Shown in pieces: positions 17,782-27,865 of a stretch of DNA of 64,000 nucleotides. The notes beneath the pieces were generated by a model. It worked only from the letters and a program-made list of their open reading frames with translations, was not told where the DNA came from and did no database searches. Source of the stretch: Fibrobacteria bacterium (GTDB lineage: Bacteria > Fibrobacterota > Fibrobacteria > UBA11236 > JADFYW01); contig JBNKOC010000011.1 of the NCBI GenBank assembly GCA_050294405.1, forward strand, positions 1 through 64,000, given 5' to 3'. A program made the position numbers and the translations under genes. How positions within the stretch are numbered: position 1 is the first letter of the stretch; the number at the start of each line of letters is the position of its first letter.

Positions 17782-19176
17782 TTGTTCTTGGTTTGTAGCC
17801 ATAAATTATATAAAATCTGGGCAAATCTCTTGACTTTGAGGAAAATCATCTTACCCAAATTTCTTACAATAGTAGCCTCAGGAGTACTTTCAGTTACCGC
17901 TCAAAATAATCCTTACATAGTTGATGTAGGTATGATTTGGACATCTGAAGCAGAGCAAACTTTTGGAAGCGAAGATAGCATTAAATCTTTCTTAAAAAGT
18001 GAAATTTCAAAAGTAAACACCGTATTAGATAATAGCGAAGTAAATGTTGTAATGAATTTGGTTTATTTAGCTCCAACTGATTTAAAGGCGGTTTCCTCGG
18101 GGGAGGAATTAAATTTAATGATTAATGAAACCCGAAAAAACACGGTGGATACAATTAAGGCCTTCATGGCTTTAAACGGTATTGACCATATTAATTTTAC
18201 CCAAACTCAATTTTTTGGAAGTTACTCAGGAATTGGAGGTTATGGATTTTCGGGTGCAAATTTGGAGGAGGCTCTTTTTTATCCTTATATTTATACCCAC
18301 GAATTTGGACATGGCCTCGGGTGTAAGCATGAAAGACTAAATGAATCAGGCGGGTTGCCAGATCAATTTAATTATGCCTATAGTTTTTATGACAATGGCA
18401 ATAAATTTAGATTTACTGTGATGTATCATGCTACGGGTACTACTGAAGTTGTACCTTATTTTTCAAATCCAAATATTTCCATTGATGGTGTCCCTCTGGG
18501 CATAATGGAAGGGTCTGTTGATGAAGCAGGAAACCCAAACTCAGCTGACAATGCCAGATTTATCAATGAGACGGGTGGCGAGCAAGCTTCTAATTGGAAC
18601 AATACGGGTTTGAATATGGCAATTATACCAAAATACAATCCAATTCCCGCAGGAGAAGTTCAGGAATATACAGTGAAATGGGCAAACTCATCAAATCAGT
18701 CTTTTTATAATATTAGTATTGAGGTCCTTGGTCAAAATAATCAACAAATCATAGCCGCTGATAATGGTGGTGCAATAATTGGTAATACTGTAATTTGGGA
18801 AGGACTAGGTGATATAGGGCCAGGAGAGGTCGGTAATGCAACTTATGGTAAAACACTAACCTTTCAGGATCGAATACAAGCTTCACCCTCCGGAGTCATA
18901 GCGCGTAGCGGGCGGATATATATAGATGGAACACCCCAATTTGGAGGAGTCACAATTTATTTTACAGATATTGGAATTCCCCAAAATAATATCAGTCGGG
19001 CAGCTGCAAATTATTTAACAAATAGTCAGATTCAAAGAGTTACAGAGATTAACTTTAAGGACTTTGAACATTTGAAAATCTATAATCTAAAGGGAAAGCA
19101 AATCCATTTCGATGGTGCCATGGCAGAAAAAAGATTTCTAAATAATATTGTAGTATTGCCTCATTATTCAAAGTAA
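17782..19176 (+). CDS. Secreted reprolysin-like metallopeptidase, paralogue 2
   Basis: HEFGHGLGCKH; Met-turn FTVMY; DUF11-like domain; IYNLKGKQI tail. Start probably at the TTG near 17836. Confidence 0.85.
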   Translation: MFLVCSHKLYKIWANLLTLRKIILPKFLTIVASGVLSVTAQNNPYIVDVGMIWTSEAEQTFGSEDSIKSFLKSEISKVNTVLDNSEVNVVMNLVYLAPTDLKAVSSGEELNLMINETRKNTVDTIKAFMALNGIDHINFTQTQFFGSYSGIGGYGFSGANLEEALFYPYIYTHEFGHGLGCKHERLNESGGLPDQFNYAYSFYDNGNKFRFTVMYHATGTTEVVPYFSNPNISIDGVPLGIMEGSVDEAGNPNSADNARFINETGGEQASNWNNTGLNMAIIPKYNPIPAGEVQEYTVKWANSSNQSFYNISIEVLGQNNQQIIAADNGGAIIGNTVIWEGLGDIGPGEVGNATYGKTLTFQDRIQASPSGVIARSGRIYIDGTPQFGGVTIYFTDIGIPQNNISRAAANYLTNSQIQRVTEINFKDFEHLKIYNLKGKQIHFDGAMAEKRFLNNIVVLPHYSK

Positions 19177-19262
19177 TACATTTTTATACAAAAGAATTTT
19201 AATTATTTGGGTACTTTAATCTGTAATCCTAGATTACACGAAATAGTTGAAGTGCTTTTATT

Positions 19263-21152
19263 TTGGGGTTGAAATTGTTGTTCTTAAAAAAATCTTTCTT
19301 GTTAATTTTAATAGCAGTAGGATTAAGCTATTCGCTTCAACAATTTTCTGAGAGAAGCAGCAACACCCCTTTTTGGGAAGTTGTAACTCCTCTTCTTGAT
19401 AATGGGAAACAAAATTCAATCAAGTTTAAATTCAACTCAAACACACCTTGGTTCAAAAGTGCTGTTATTGATATAGAAGATGGCAAATTTCCCCAATATC
19501 TAAAAATACCCACTGGCCTAAATAATTCTATTGAGTTAAAAGTCAACCGATATGAAATTAAAAAAACGGACAGATGGACCTGTTCCGGTGAAATTTTAGG
19601 TATTGAAGGTAGTTCCTTTGTATTAAGTGTAAATAAAAATTCGGTTTCATTTTTTATTTATGATCCAGAAACAAATCTGTTTTATAAATCAGAAAAGGTA
19701 AAGGAAGACTATTATAGTTTAGAGAAAGCAGTACCAGATACCAAAACACCCATTTATGAAAATGATTATTTCTCACCACCTCGAAATAATTTTCGCCGCA
19801 AACCACAAACTAGTTTACAAAAACCCTCATTAGATCAAGCTGATACTCCTATTGTTGATTTGGGAGTAATATGGACCACAAATTCTTCTATTGCAGTGGG
19901 GGGGGATGATGTAATGTTAACTCATGTTGATAACGCTGTTTACCTGCATAACTTAGCTCTTGAAAATAGTGGGGCAATTGCTAGGTGGAATTTAGTGTAT
20001 ACAGCTCAAGTAAGTTATGTAGGGTCAGAAGATCCGGTCAGCCATTGGGATTATTTAACTACCAATATAACTAACAAAGATAAAACGGACAGTATATTAA
20101 ACAAAGTAGAATTAAATTCTATTGATCATATTACTCTTATTCAGGAACCAAGATGGCCAGAAGCAGTAGGTTTAGGTAGCCTTGGTTATAGTGTTGTTTC
20201 GAGAGAGGGAGGGTTTACTGGTAATTATCAAACTATGATTCATGAATGGGGACATGGGATGAACTTGCTACACAGTCGACAGGAATATACCAACATAACT
20301 CCAGAAGCCTTCAATTTTGGCTTTGTATTTGATTTCGAATTAACAGGTAAGGCACAAACAGTAATGTCAAACCAAAACTATCCATCAATAAGCCGATTTT
20401 CTAATATTACCCATCCTTACATGGGTGTTACAATTGGTGTGCCGGCAGGAACTGTGGATGCCGAGGGTAATGAAATTGGAGCAGATGCAGCCAGATATAT
20501 CAACGAAATTGGCGGGCCAATGGCAGCTGAATGGCGTATGCCTGGTTTGACTGTGGTAGCGGATAGAAAGTTTGTTAGAATCCCTCCCGAAGGAGTACAA
20601 GAGTTTACAGTTCGTTTTGGGAACACTGCAAATCAAACTTTTGAGAACATTAAAATTGTTACGGAAAGTGCTGCTGGAAACTATACGATTATTAGTGTTG
20701 ATGACAAAGGTCAAATTGAGGGTGACTCTATTGTTTGGAATAATATAGGTAGCTTGGGACCTGGCGAAGTGGGCAATGCGACTGTGGGAGAACCTTTACA
20801 TTTTGCCGTTAGAGTGAACCCAGGGGAGTGGCAGCTGTTTGGAATAAATTTCACCATAACTGCAAATAGTTTTGAGAATAGCAATTCTAGCAGTTATACA
20901 AATCTCGATAGTTCCCTCGCTAATATTGAACATAAAAGGTTCGTTGAGAGAAGAAAAAATATGAGGGCAATGTGGTTGAATTCTGGATCTATTCAATTGA
21001 AACCTGAATTTTCTGGCTTCAATATTTTTGATATTAGCGGAAAAAAGTTATGGGAGTTTTTTAGAAGTGAGAAAGGGCAGACAAAAAAAACTGCCATAGA
21101 AATTCCCCCGAACCTTAAAAGTAATCAATTTGGTTTTGTGGAATATTTTTGA
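19263..21152 (+). CDS. Secreted reprolysin-like metallopeptidase with prodomain, paralogue 3
   Basis: Signal peptide; ~170-aa pro-region; HEWGHGMNLLH; QTVMS Met-turn; IFDISGKKLW tail. Confidence 0.85.
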   Translation: MGLKLLFLKKSFLLILIAVGLSYSLQQFSERSSNTPFWEVVTPLLDNGKQNSIKFKFNSNTPWFKSAVIDIEDGKFPQYLKIPTGLNNSIELKVNRYEIKKTDRWTCSGEILGIEGSSFVLSVNKNSVSFFIYDPETNLFYKSEKVKEDYYSLEKAVPDTKTPIYENDYFSPPRNNFRRKPQTSLQKPSLDQADTPIVDLGVIWTTNSSIAVGGDDVMLTHVDNAVYLHNLALENSGAIARWNLVYTAQVSYVGSEDPVSHWDYLTTNITNKDKTDSILNKVELNSIDHITLIQEPRWPEAVGLGSLGYSVVSREGGFTGNYQTMIHEWGHGMNLLHSRQEYTNITPEAFNFGFVFDFELTGKAQTVMSNQNYPSISRFSNITHPYMGVTIGVPAGTVDAEGNEIGADAARYINEIGGPMAAEWRMPGLTVVADRKFVRIPPEGVQEFTVRFGNTANQTFENIKIVTESAAGNYTIISVDDKGQIEGDSIVWNNIGSLGPGEVGNATVGEPLHFAVRVNPGEWQLFGINFTITANSFENSNSSSYTNLDSSLANIEHKRFVERRKNMRAMWLNSGSIQLKPEFSGFNIFDISGKKLWEFFRSEKGQTKKTAIEIPPNLKSNQFGFVEYF

Positions 21153-21167
21153 GGTAATTGGAATATT

Positions 21168-23063
21168 TTGCCATTCAAAAACTTTAAAAAAACATTAGCT
21201 GTAATTCTGGTGTTATTTGCTTCCCAGGTATTCTCGAACTCTTTAACTAGCCAGCTTGCAAATATTAGCATTTTTAACCAGTTGGAAAACCCGTCTAAAA
21301 TTAAGTCTAAATTTACTGACGGAATGGCAAATAAAATTGCCCTTTCCCCTGAGTGGGAAAATTTACTTAATAGTATTAAGACCGATAAAGTTTTACCCAG
21401 AAGCCTAGCCTTGAATTTTCCTGGGCATAATTACATACTTCAAATAAATTCCTTTCGCCGCCATGATAAAGATAACTGGGCTTGTACCGGAAAAATAAAC
21501 GGTTCTGAATATAGCTGGTTTTCCTTGGGATATTATAAAGGCACTATATCGCTTGATTTATATGATGATATTCATAATGAGGGTTTTAAAATTCGAAAAC
21601 ATAATGAAAAATCATATGAAATTTATAATGTTGCGAATGTTTCTGAAAAATTTTCAAATATTCAAAACCGCCATATTTGTCCTCCAGCAAAAGAAAATAT
21701 CGTTAATTTTGAGGAGCGACTAATATTGGAAAAAAAATCTGCTGCGGTTGCAGACACTCCTGTTGTTAACTTGGGAATTATTTGGTCAGAAGAGGCTGAA
21801 CAAGCCATAGGTGGTGAGGATGTTATGATGGCGGAAATATTGCGCACAGAGGTTGAGTTTAATCAGATATTAAAACAAAGCCTTATTAATCTAAAATGGA
21901 ATTTGGTGTATGCGGGTAAAACAAATTTAGAGGAAAGTACAAACTTTATTGGGTTGACCGCATTTTCTATGGAAACCTTTACAGTAACTGATACAATAAA
22001 AAGTTTAAAATTATTATATGGATTAGATCACATTTGCATGATTCAGGCTTCAGGTTTTGGAAGCCAAGCTGTCGGTATGGGTTTTATTGGGGGCAGTGCC
22101 GTCCTATATAAAAATTTCAACAGTGATTTTTTTACAGCTTTTCATGAGTTTGGACATGGCCTTGGTCTATCCCATGAACGATCAGAAACCCAGAATATAG
22201 ACCCGCTACAATTTAATTTTCCATATGGATTTAAGGACGATTCAAATGTGTGGTCTTGGACAATTATGGTCAGTACTGTGAATCCATACATTATTCCATA
22301 TTTTTCGAATCCATTAGTAGTATATAAAGATGTTCCACTAGGTGCCCCCGAAGGAAGTTTGGATAGTTTAGGAAACCCAATTGCAGCAGATAATGCACGT
22401 TATATAAATGACTATATGGGAACAAGAGTTGCAAATGAAATTGGTGATGATTTACATGTTACCATAGACCGAAAATATATTTATATCCCTCCAAACGGTG
22501 TGCAGGAATTCAAAGTAAGGTATAGTAATACATCAACTCAGCCAATTGCGAACATTAGCATTAACGTGTCTAATATTACCAATGGGGAGATTTTAGATGC
22601 CACTGCTGGAGGAATAATTGGAGATGGGACTATAATCTGGGATAACATACCGGATTTGCCAGCTGCCGCAGCAAATAACCCTAGCTTTGGTTCGGAATTA
22701 TTTTTCAGGGTTCGAATTAATCCAGGTGAAACTGTTTTATCGGAACCCTATATTTCTGCTACCAATGGTCAAGTTAAATCAGACGACCCTTTGGGAATTG
22801 GGTATTTAATTGGAGCGCGTACCAAAGTAGACAGCCTTGCAGTTAATCTTGGAGGTGCGGCTACTCCACAAAAATTTCCAATGAAAAGACTAATTGTTTT
22901 TAAAAATAACTTATTTCTTCGCGTGCCTTTAGAAGCTAAAAAAATTTCAGTATTCGATATTTCTGGGACATTACTTTGGAAAGAGGCAGTTCATAACCAG
23001 ACTTCAATACAGGTACCAAAAGAGCTTCCTCAAAATGGAGTTGGAATAGCTGTTTTTGAATAG
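21168..23063 (+). CDS. Secreted reprolysin-like metallopeptidase with prodomain, paralogue 4
   Basis: Signal peptide; pro-region; HEFGHGLGLSH; WTIMV Met-turn; VFDISGTLLW tail. Confidence 0.85.
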   Translation: MPFKNFKKTLAVILVLFASQVFSNSLTSQLANISIFNQLENPSKIKSKFTDGMANKIALSPEWENLLNSIKTDKVLPRSLALNFPGHNYILQINSFRRHDKDNWACTGKINGSEYSWFSLGYYKGTISLDLYDDIHNEGFKIRKHNEKSYEIYNVANVSEKFSNIQNRHICPPAKENIVNFEERLILEKKSAAVADTPVVNLGIIWSEEAEQAIGGEDVMMAEILRTEVEFNQILKQSLINLKWNLVYAGKTNLEESTNFIGLTAFSMETFTVTDTIKSLKLLYGLDHICMIQASGFGSQAVGMGFIGGSAVLYKNFNSDFFTAFHEFGHGLGLSHERSETQNIDPLQFNFPYGFKDDSNVWSWTIMVSTVNPYIIPYFSNPLVVYKDVPLGAPEGSLDSLGNPIAADNARYINDYMGTRVANEIGDDLHVTIDRKYIYIPPNGVQEFKVRYSNTSTQPIANISINVSNITNGEILDATAGGIIGDGTIIWDNIPDLPAAAANNPSFGSELFFRVRINPGETVLSEPYISATNGQVKSDDPLGIGYLIGARTKVDSLAVNLGGAATPQKFPMKRLIVFKNNLFLRVPLEAKKISVFDISGTLLWKEAVHNQTSIQVPKELPQNGVGIAVFE

Positions 23064-23135
23064 CGAGAAAGTGAATTATCGAGCAGAATAGCCTAAAAAT
23101 GTCTATCTAATTTGAGATTTGACTATTAGCCAAAT

Positions 23136-23167
23136 ATTATGTACAATATTGTACATAATTATGTACA
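23136..23167. promoter_or_regulatory. Toxin-antitoxin operator: overlapping palindromes with three TGTACA cores
   Basis: Perfect 24-bp palindrome ATTATGTACAATATTGTACATAAT (23136-23159) and 18-bp TGTACATAATTATGTACA (23150-23167), just upstream of the GGAGG SD. Confidence 0.8.
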
Positions 23168-23180
23168 TTTTGGAGGCAAC

Positions 23181-23411
23181 ATGAAATCTGCGAATTTTAC
23201 TGAGTTCAGAAGGCACGCTGCTGAATATTTTACTGAGGTTGAAAATGGAACTGTTATTAGAATCATAAGGCATGGAAAACCTATAGCATATATTACACCC
23301 ATACAAAACCAACAAACACCATCCTGGAAAAAGGAACCGCCAAAGTTAGTTTTAAATGGTGCATCTTTAGCTGGTGCTGTTTTGTCTAATAGAGAGGATG
23401 CCAGGCATTGA
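23181..23411 (+). CDS. Phd/YefM-family antitoxin
   Basis: MKSANFTEFRRHAAEYFTEVENGTVIRIIRHGKPIA is a Phd/YefM N-terminus. GGAGG SD at 23172-23176 supports the ATG at 23181. Confidence 0.88.
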   Translation: MKSANFTEFRRHAAEYFTEVENGTVIRIIRHGKPIAYITPIQNQQTPSWKKEPPKLVLNGASLAGAVLSNREDARH

Positions 23412-23824
23412 AAGTATTTTTAGATAGTTCTGCATTGGCAAAGCGGTATATTGAAGAAAAGGGAAGTGATAAGGTTTTTACACTACTTGAAGCATCTGAT
23501 GAACTTGGAGTGTCCATTATCTGTTTGCCAGAAATAATTTCTGCTCTTAACCGCATCAAAAAAGAAAAGAAAATAACAACAGCTCAATATCTAACTGCTA
23601 AGCAAGCCATAGTTGAAGATGTAAGAGATGCCTCCATTTGCAATATAGCGGAAGGGACTGTTGCGAAAGCTGTTTACCTTTTAGAGGAAAATGTTTTAAG
23701 GACTATGGACGCTTTTCATATAGCCTCCGCATTAGAATGGAAATGTGATGTGTTTGCATCAGCAGACAAACAGCAAATTAAAGCCGCAAAAAAGGCTGGG
23801 CTAAAAGTAGAAGATGTGAGTTAA
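23408..23824 (+). CDS. vapC: VapC-family PIN-domain toxin
   Basis: VFLDSSALAKRY...E...LRTMDAFHIASA...SADKQQ PIN motifs. 4-bp overlap with the antitoxin. Confidence 0.9.
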   Translation: MKVFLDSSALAKRYIEEKGSDKVFTLLEASDELGVSIICLPEIISALNRIKKEKKITTAQYLTAKQAIVEDVRDASICNIAEGTVAKAVYLLEENVLRTMDAFHIASALEWKCDVFASADKQQIKAAKKAGLKVEDVS

Positions 23825-24050
23825 AGTTCTTTTTTATCCCTGGCTTTAGCCGATCTCCCTCAGTGCCTGATTTCTTTAACCCCTTAAAAAACAATAACTT
23901 AGCCTTTCAAAAAAAACATTCATTTTCTGAAAATCCCCTAAAATTTTTCTAAATTGCTTTGTGGCAGGCTATCTACCCTGTTTTGTCCGGCATTTGGTTA
24001 CAGTTTAAGCCAGAGGTCGCTGCAACAATTTTGGAAAAATGTGAGATTTT

Positions 24051-26216
24051 ATGAAGCTTAAAATAAGCAACATAGCCCAACTGTCCTGGCTAACACTATT
24101 TGGGTTTGTGTTTTTGCTTTCCTGCCACGACGACAACTTGCTCGATGTTGGCGAACAACCTTTGGTTTCGTATTTGATTAGCGTAACCGATAGCGCCACT
24201 GGCCTTCCTCTTGGTGGGGTAAAGGTGCAGGTGGTGGATATTTTACTCGACACTTCAAAATACACCACCGATAGTGCCGAAGGTTCCGTTTCCTTTGAAG
24301 TGGAAAGCTCCCAAAATTTAATAAGCCTTTCTAAAACAGGTTATCGCAGGTTAGATACATTATTAGAAGTAACCGAAAAACAAGACAGTGTGTTTGGCTT
24401 GCCCATTCGAAAAACATATAGCTTTAAACTAGTAGATTTAAATCAAAAAACTGCAGATACATTGCAAAACATCCAATACCGTATATTGGTGCGCGACCAA
24501 AATTTAAAACCCCTCACCAGCGCTTCTATTACTTTTACCGACAGCTTGGGAAATCCTAAATTAGCTGTGGATGAAAATGAGGATGGCCGTATTATAATTA
24601 CCAGTTTGGGATTGGGCAAGCATTTGGTTTTGGTGGAGCAGCCCGGCTACCTGGGGCAATATCTGGAAATCAGCCTTCAGAAAGGAGCTAACGATTCCAC
24701 CACTCAAAAATTTGTGGGTGACTTTGCGGTGACCCTTTTGCCCTTGTCCCAGAAAATCGAAGGCCAGCTTTTTCAAACAGTGGCCGGAAAAGGTTCCGTT
24801 CCGCTGGAAGGGGCCATGGTGGTTTTTTCCATTGAAGATACCCTCCAATCTCCCCGAAGTTTTAAAGTCCTTAGCGATGATGAGGGAATGTATCTTTTAG
24901 ATTCTTTGCCTCCTCTTGCGGGAAAGCTGGAATACTTTTTAACAGATACATCCACAGAGCCGTCTAAAATTGTGGAAATGTCCAAGGAAAATTTGATTCT
25001 GGATAGGTTGGAACCTCCTGTGGAAATCAACCCCTTGGATGGGGCAGCTGGTATTCCTTTGTTAATTGCAAGGCCATCCGATACATTAGCCTCTCAAAAT
25101 CCCATGATTTTTAAATTCAATCAGGAATTAGACCCGGCTGAACTGGAAGTTAAAATAAAAGAAGTTAATGTTGCTCTCAATTTGTTGGTGGAATGGAATG
25201 TATCCAGCGATGGAAAAACTCTCGAAGTATGGCTTAAAGATTCTATTCCCTGGAAAGAAGGCATTGTATACGAATACCAATTAATTGCAAAAAATTTATT
25301 TGGTGAATTTTTTAAAGCGGCCTCCCAATCGGGAAATGAAATTCAGGGCTTTAGTTATATAGAACCTACCGTTGTAGAAAATCCTAATCTTAAATTTCCC
25401 GATAATTTTAAAATTGCTTATTTCAATTCCGGAACCAGCGCTTTATTCGATTCCAACAGCGCTACCTCTAGCCAATATGCGGATTCCACGAGTAATATGG
25501 CTCTTTTGCGCTGGGAAAATCCAAGCTTAAAATCCGGCGAGCAGTTAGTTGATTCTGTGGCTATTTACATTCGGGACGAAGATAATTTTACCAATTGGTC
25601 CCATTGGCTAACCATAGCTGCGGAGCCAGATTCACTGCAATTGTTCTTCTTTTCCATTTATTCCACCTATGACTACCCCAGTGTCGAAAAACCGGCTTTT
25701 CCCATAATGGCTAGTCCCAATAAGTATTTTGAACTTCAATTTGTACCCAAGCAGCACAATACTTTATATCAAGACAACGCAAAAATTTTAAGTGCTCCTA
25801 TAAAACAGGGAATGGGGGAGAGGGTTAATTGTAAAATCGAACTGCCTGATACCATGTTAATAACCGGGCCGGGTGTAAGTCCCGAAATTCCGGTATCCTT
25901 TGTATTTGCTAACGATACCAATGAGGCAGTTAAAATATCCGTTGAAAATTTTTCACCCACCGTTACTGTGACAGGAGGGAATGTTATTTTGAATCCTGCA
26001 GATTTGGAATGGACCTGGACAAATGTGAGTAATGGCCGCTCCCATACGGGCACTTTTACTTATAGCGGATCTGGGGATCTTCGCTTTCTGCGTTTTGAAT
26101 TTACTTTGCCCGGTGCTAAATACTTAAACCTCAAAGGCGAAGAATCCACAACGCCTCTCTGGGTCAACCGGGAGAAAAACTTTTTTTCAGTCCCCAGGCA
26201 GGCTGTGACAAATTAA
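24051..26216 (+). CDS. Large lipoprotein with carboxypeptidase-regulatory-like/Ig-like domains, first gene of the secretion operon
   Basis: Lipobox LLSC; VTDSATGLPLGGVKV-type repeats; TAATG coupling to gspE. Confidence 0.7.
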   Translation: MKLKISNIAQLSWLTLFGFVFLLSCHDDNLLDVGEQPLVSYLISVTDSATGLPLGGVKVQVVDILLDTSKYTTDSAEGSVSFEVESSQNLISLSKTGYRRLDTLLEVTEKQDSVFGLPIRKTYSFKLVDLNQKTADTLQNIQYRILVRDQNLKPLTSASITFTDSLGNPKLAVDENEDGRIIITSLGLGKHLVLVEQPGYLGQYLEISLQKGANDSTTQKFVGDFAVTLLPLSQKIEGQLFQTVAGKGSVPLEGAMVVFSIEDTLQSPRSFKVLSDDEGMYLLDSLPPLAGKLEYFLTDTSTEPSKIVEMSKENLILDRLEPPVEINPLDGAAGIPLLIARPSDTLASQNPMIFKFNQELDPAELEVKIKEVNVALNLLVEWNVSSDGKTLEVWLKDSIPWKEGIVYEYQLIAKNLFGEFFKAASQSGNEIQGFSYIEPTVVENPNLKFPDNFKIAYFNSGTSALFDSNSATSSQYADSTSNMALLRWENPSLKSGEQLVDSVAIYIRDEDNFTNWSHWLTIAAEPDSLQLFFFSIYSTYDYPSVEKPAFPIMASPNKYFELQFVPKQHNTLYQDNAKILSAPIKQGMGERVNCKIELPDTMLITGPGVSPEIPVSFVFANDTNEAVKISVENFSPTVTVTGGNVILNPADLEWTWTNVSNGRSHTGTFTYSGSGDLRFLRFEFTLPGAKYLNLKGEESTTPLWVNREKNFFSVPRQAVTN

Positions 26217-27865
26217 TGGAAACCAATTATAAAAATGCCATTGCCGAGGCCCTGGTGGTGCTTAAATTGTCTGGTGATAGTTTGGTAGATAATTTAAGAG
26301 AAATTCTGCACAAACAAAATAAACTTGATGTTAGTGATCAGGAATTGGAAACAGTTCTGGAAAATCAGCTGAATATCAAATTCGAAAAAATAGAAGATTA
26401 CGAACCTGCGGCGGATGTCCTGAGGTTGCTGCCAGCCATCAGTGCCAGGCACTATGGGGTAATGCCATTGGCTTTATCGGGCAGGCTTTTGCGCGTGGCC
26501 ATGGTAGACCCCACCGATTTTGGCTTGTTGGCTGATCTTCGTTTAATCACCGGCCATTACATAAGGCCCGTTGTGGCCCATCGCCGCAACATTGAAAACA
26601 TGATTGAAAGCTATTACCGAAATACTACTTCCAGCGGGCGGGGAGGGTTTTCGGCGGTTAATCACAATACTCCCAAGGCAGGCTCCTCTACGGCTATTTC
26701 TAAAACAGGGGAAGCCCCGGTTATAAAACTGGTAAACGATATAATCAGCGAAGCCATACATCAAGGAGCTTCAGATATTCATTTCGAGCCCTTTGAACGG
26801 GAAATGAGAGTTCGCTTTCGCCAGGATGGAGTCCTTCAATTACATCGAACCATACATACACGGGCCATTTCCGAGGTCACATCCAGGGTAAAAATAATGG
26901 CAAATATGGATATAGCCGAAAAACGCCGACCTCAGGACGGCAGAATTCGCATGGAGAATAAAGAAAAGTCCATCGATATGCGTATATCCACTTTGCCCAC
27001 CGAACATGGCGAAAAAATCGTTCTCAGAATTTTAGATAAAGGCAATGTGGAACTTAATCTTGCCAGTCTGGGTATGGACAGAAAAGATTTGGAAACCCTG
27101 AACACCATTATTAAAAAACCTTTTGGAATGGTTCTGGTAACCGGCCCCACGGGTTCAGGCAAAACAACCACGCTTTACAGCGCCTTACAGGCTATTAAAA
27201 CGCCCGATATTAACATCAGCACTATTGAAGATCCAATTGAATATAAATTAGATGGAATTACTCAAACCGCAGTAAAAACAGATATTAATCTCACCTTTGC
27301 CAATGCCCTGCGCACCTTGCTCAGGCAAGATCCCAATGTTATTATGGTGGGCGAAATCCGCGATGAAGAAACGGCCCAAATGGCCATTCGCGCTTCCCTT
27401 ACCGGCCACCTTGTGTTTTCTACCCTGCACACCAACGATGCTCCCAGTGCCATTAGCCGTTTGCTGGATATGCAAATTGAGCCTTTTTTGGTTTCTTCCT
27501 CACTAACATTGGTGGTGGCCCAACGCCTGGTTCGCAAAATTTGTTCGGGTTGCGCCGTTCAGGAAGCTGTGGAGCCCATTATCCTAAAAGGCCTCGGCCT
27601 GCAAAATACCGAGTCCGGCCACTCCTTTAAAAAGGGAAAGGGCTGTCCTAAATGTAATTTTACGGGGTTTGCAGGAAGAATTGGTCTGTTTGAATGTATG
27701 CCCATCACAGAATCTATACAAACTCTGATTAATCAAAAAGCCGATTCTGGAAAAATCAGGCAAATGGCTATGTCACAAGGGATGATAACCCTTCGGCAAG
27801 ACGGAATTAATAAGGCCAAAGCCGGTCTAACCACTCCCGAAGAAGTATTGAGAGAAACGAATTAA
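26216..27865 (+). CDS. gspE: GspE/PilB-family secretion ATPase
   Basis: Walker A GPTGSGKTT; TIEDPIEY; LRQDPNVIMVGEIRD; His box LHTNDA; CxxC...CxxC. Confidence 0.95.
   Translation: METNYKNAIAEALVVLKLSGDSLVDNLREILHKQNKLDVSDQELETVLENQLNIKFEKIEDYEPAADVLRLLPAISARHYGVMPLALSGRLLRVAMVDPTDFGLLADLRLITGHYIRPVVAHRRNIENMIESYYRNTTSSGRGGFSAVNHNTPKAGSSTAISKTGEAPVIKLVNDIISEAIHQGASDIHFEPFEREMRVRFRQDGVLQLHRTIHTRAISEVTSRVKIMANMDIAEKRRPQDGRIRMENKEKSIDMRISTLPTEHGEKIVLRILDKGNVELNLASLGMDRKDLETLNTIIKKPFGMVLVTGPTGSGKTTTLYSALQAIKTPDINISTIEDPIEYKLDGITQTAVKTDINLTFANALRTLLRQDPNVIMVGEIRDEETAQMAIRASLTGHLVFSTLHTNDAPSAISRLLDMQIEPFLVSSSLTLVVAQRLVRKICSGCAVQEAVEPIILKGLGLQNTESGHSFKKGKGCPKCNFTGFAGRIGLFECMPITESIQTLINQKADSGKIRQMAMSQGMITLRQDGINKAKAGLTTPEEVLRETN

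Noticed and set aside
23139..23180. Longer antitoxin start at 23139
   Set aside because: That ATG lies inside the operator palindrome. The SD and family N-terminus point to 23181.
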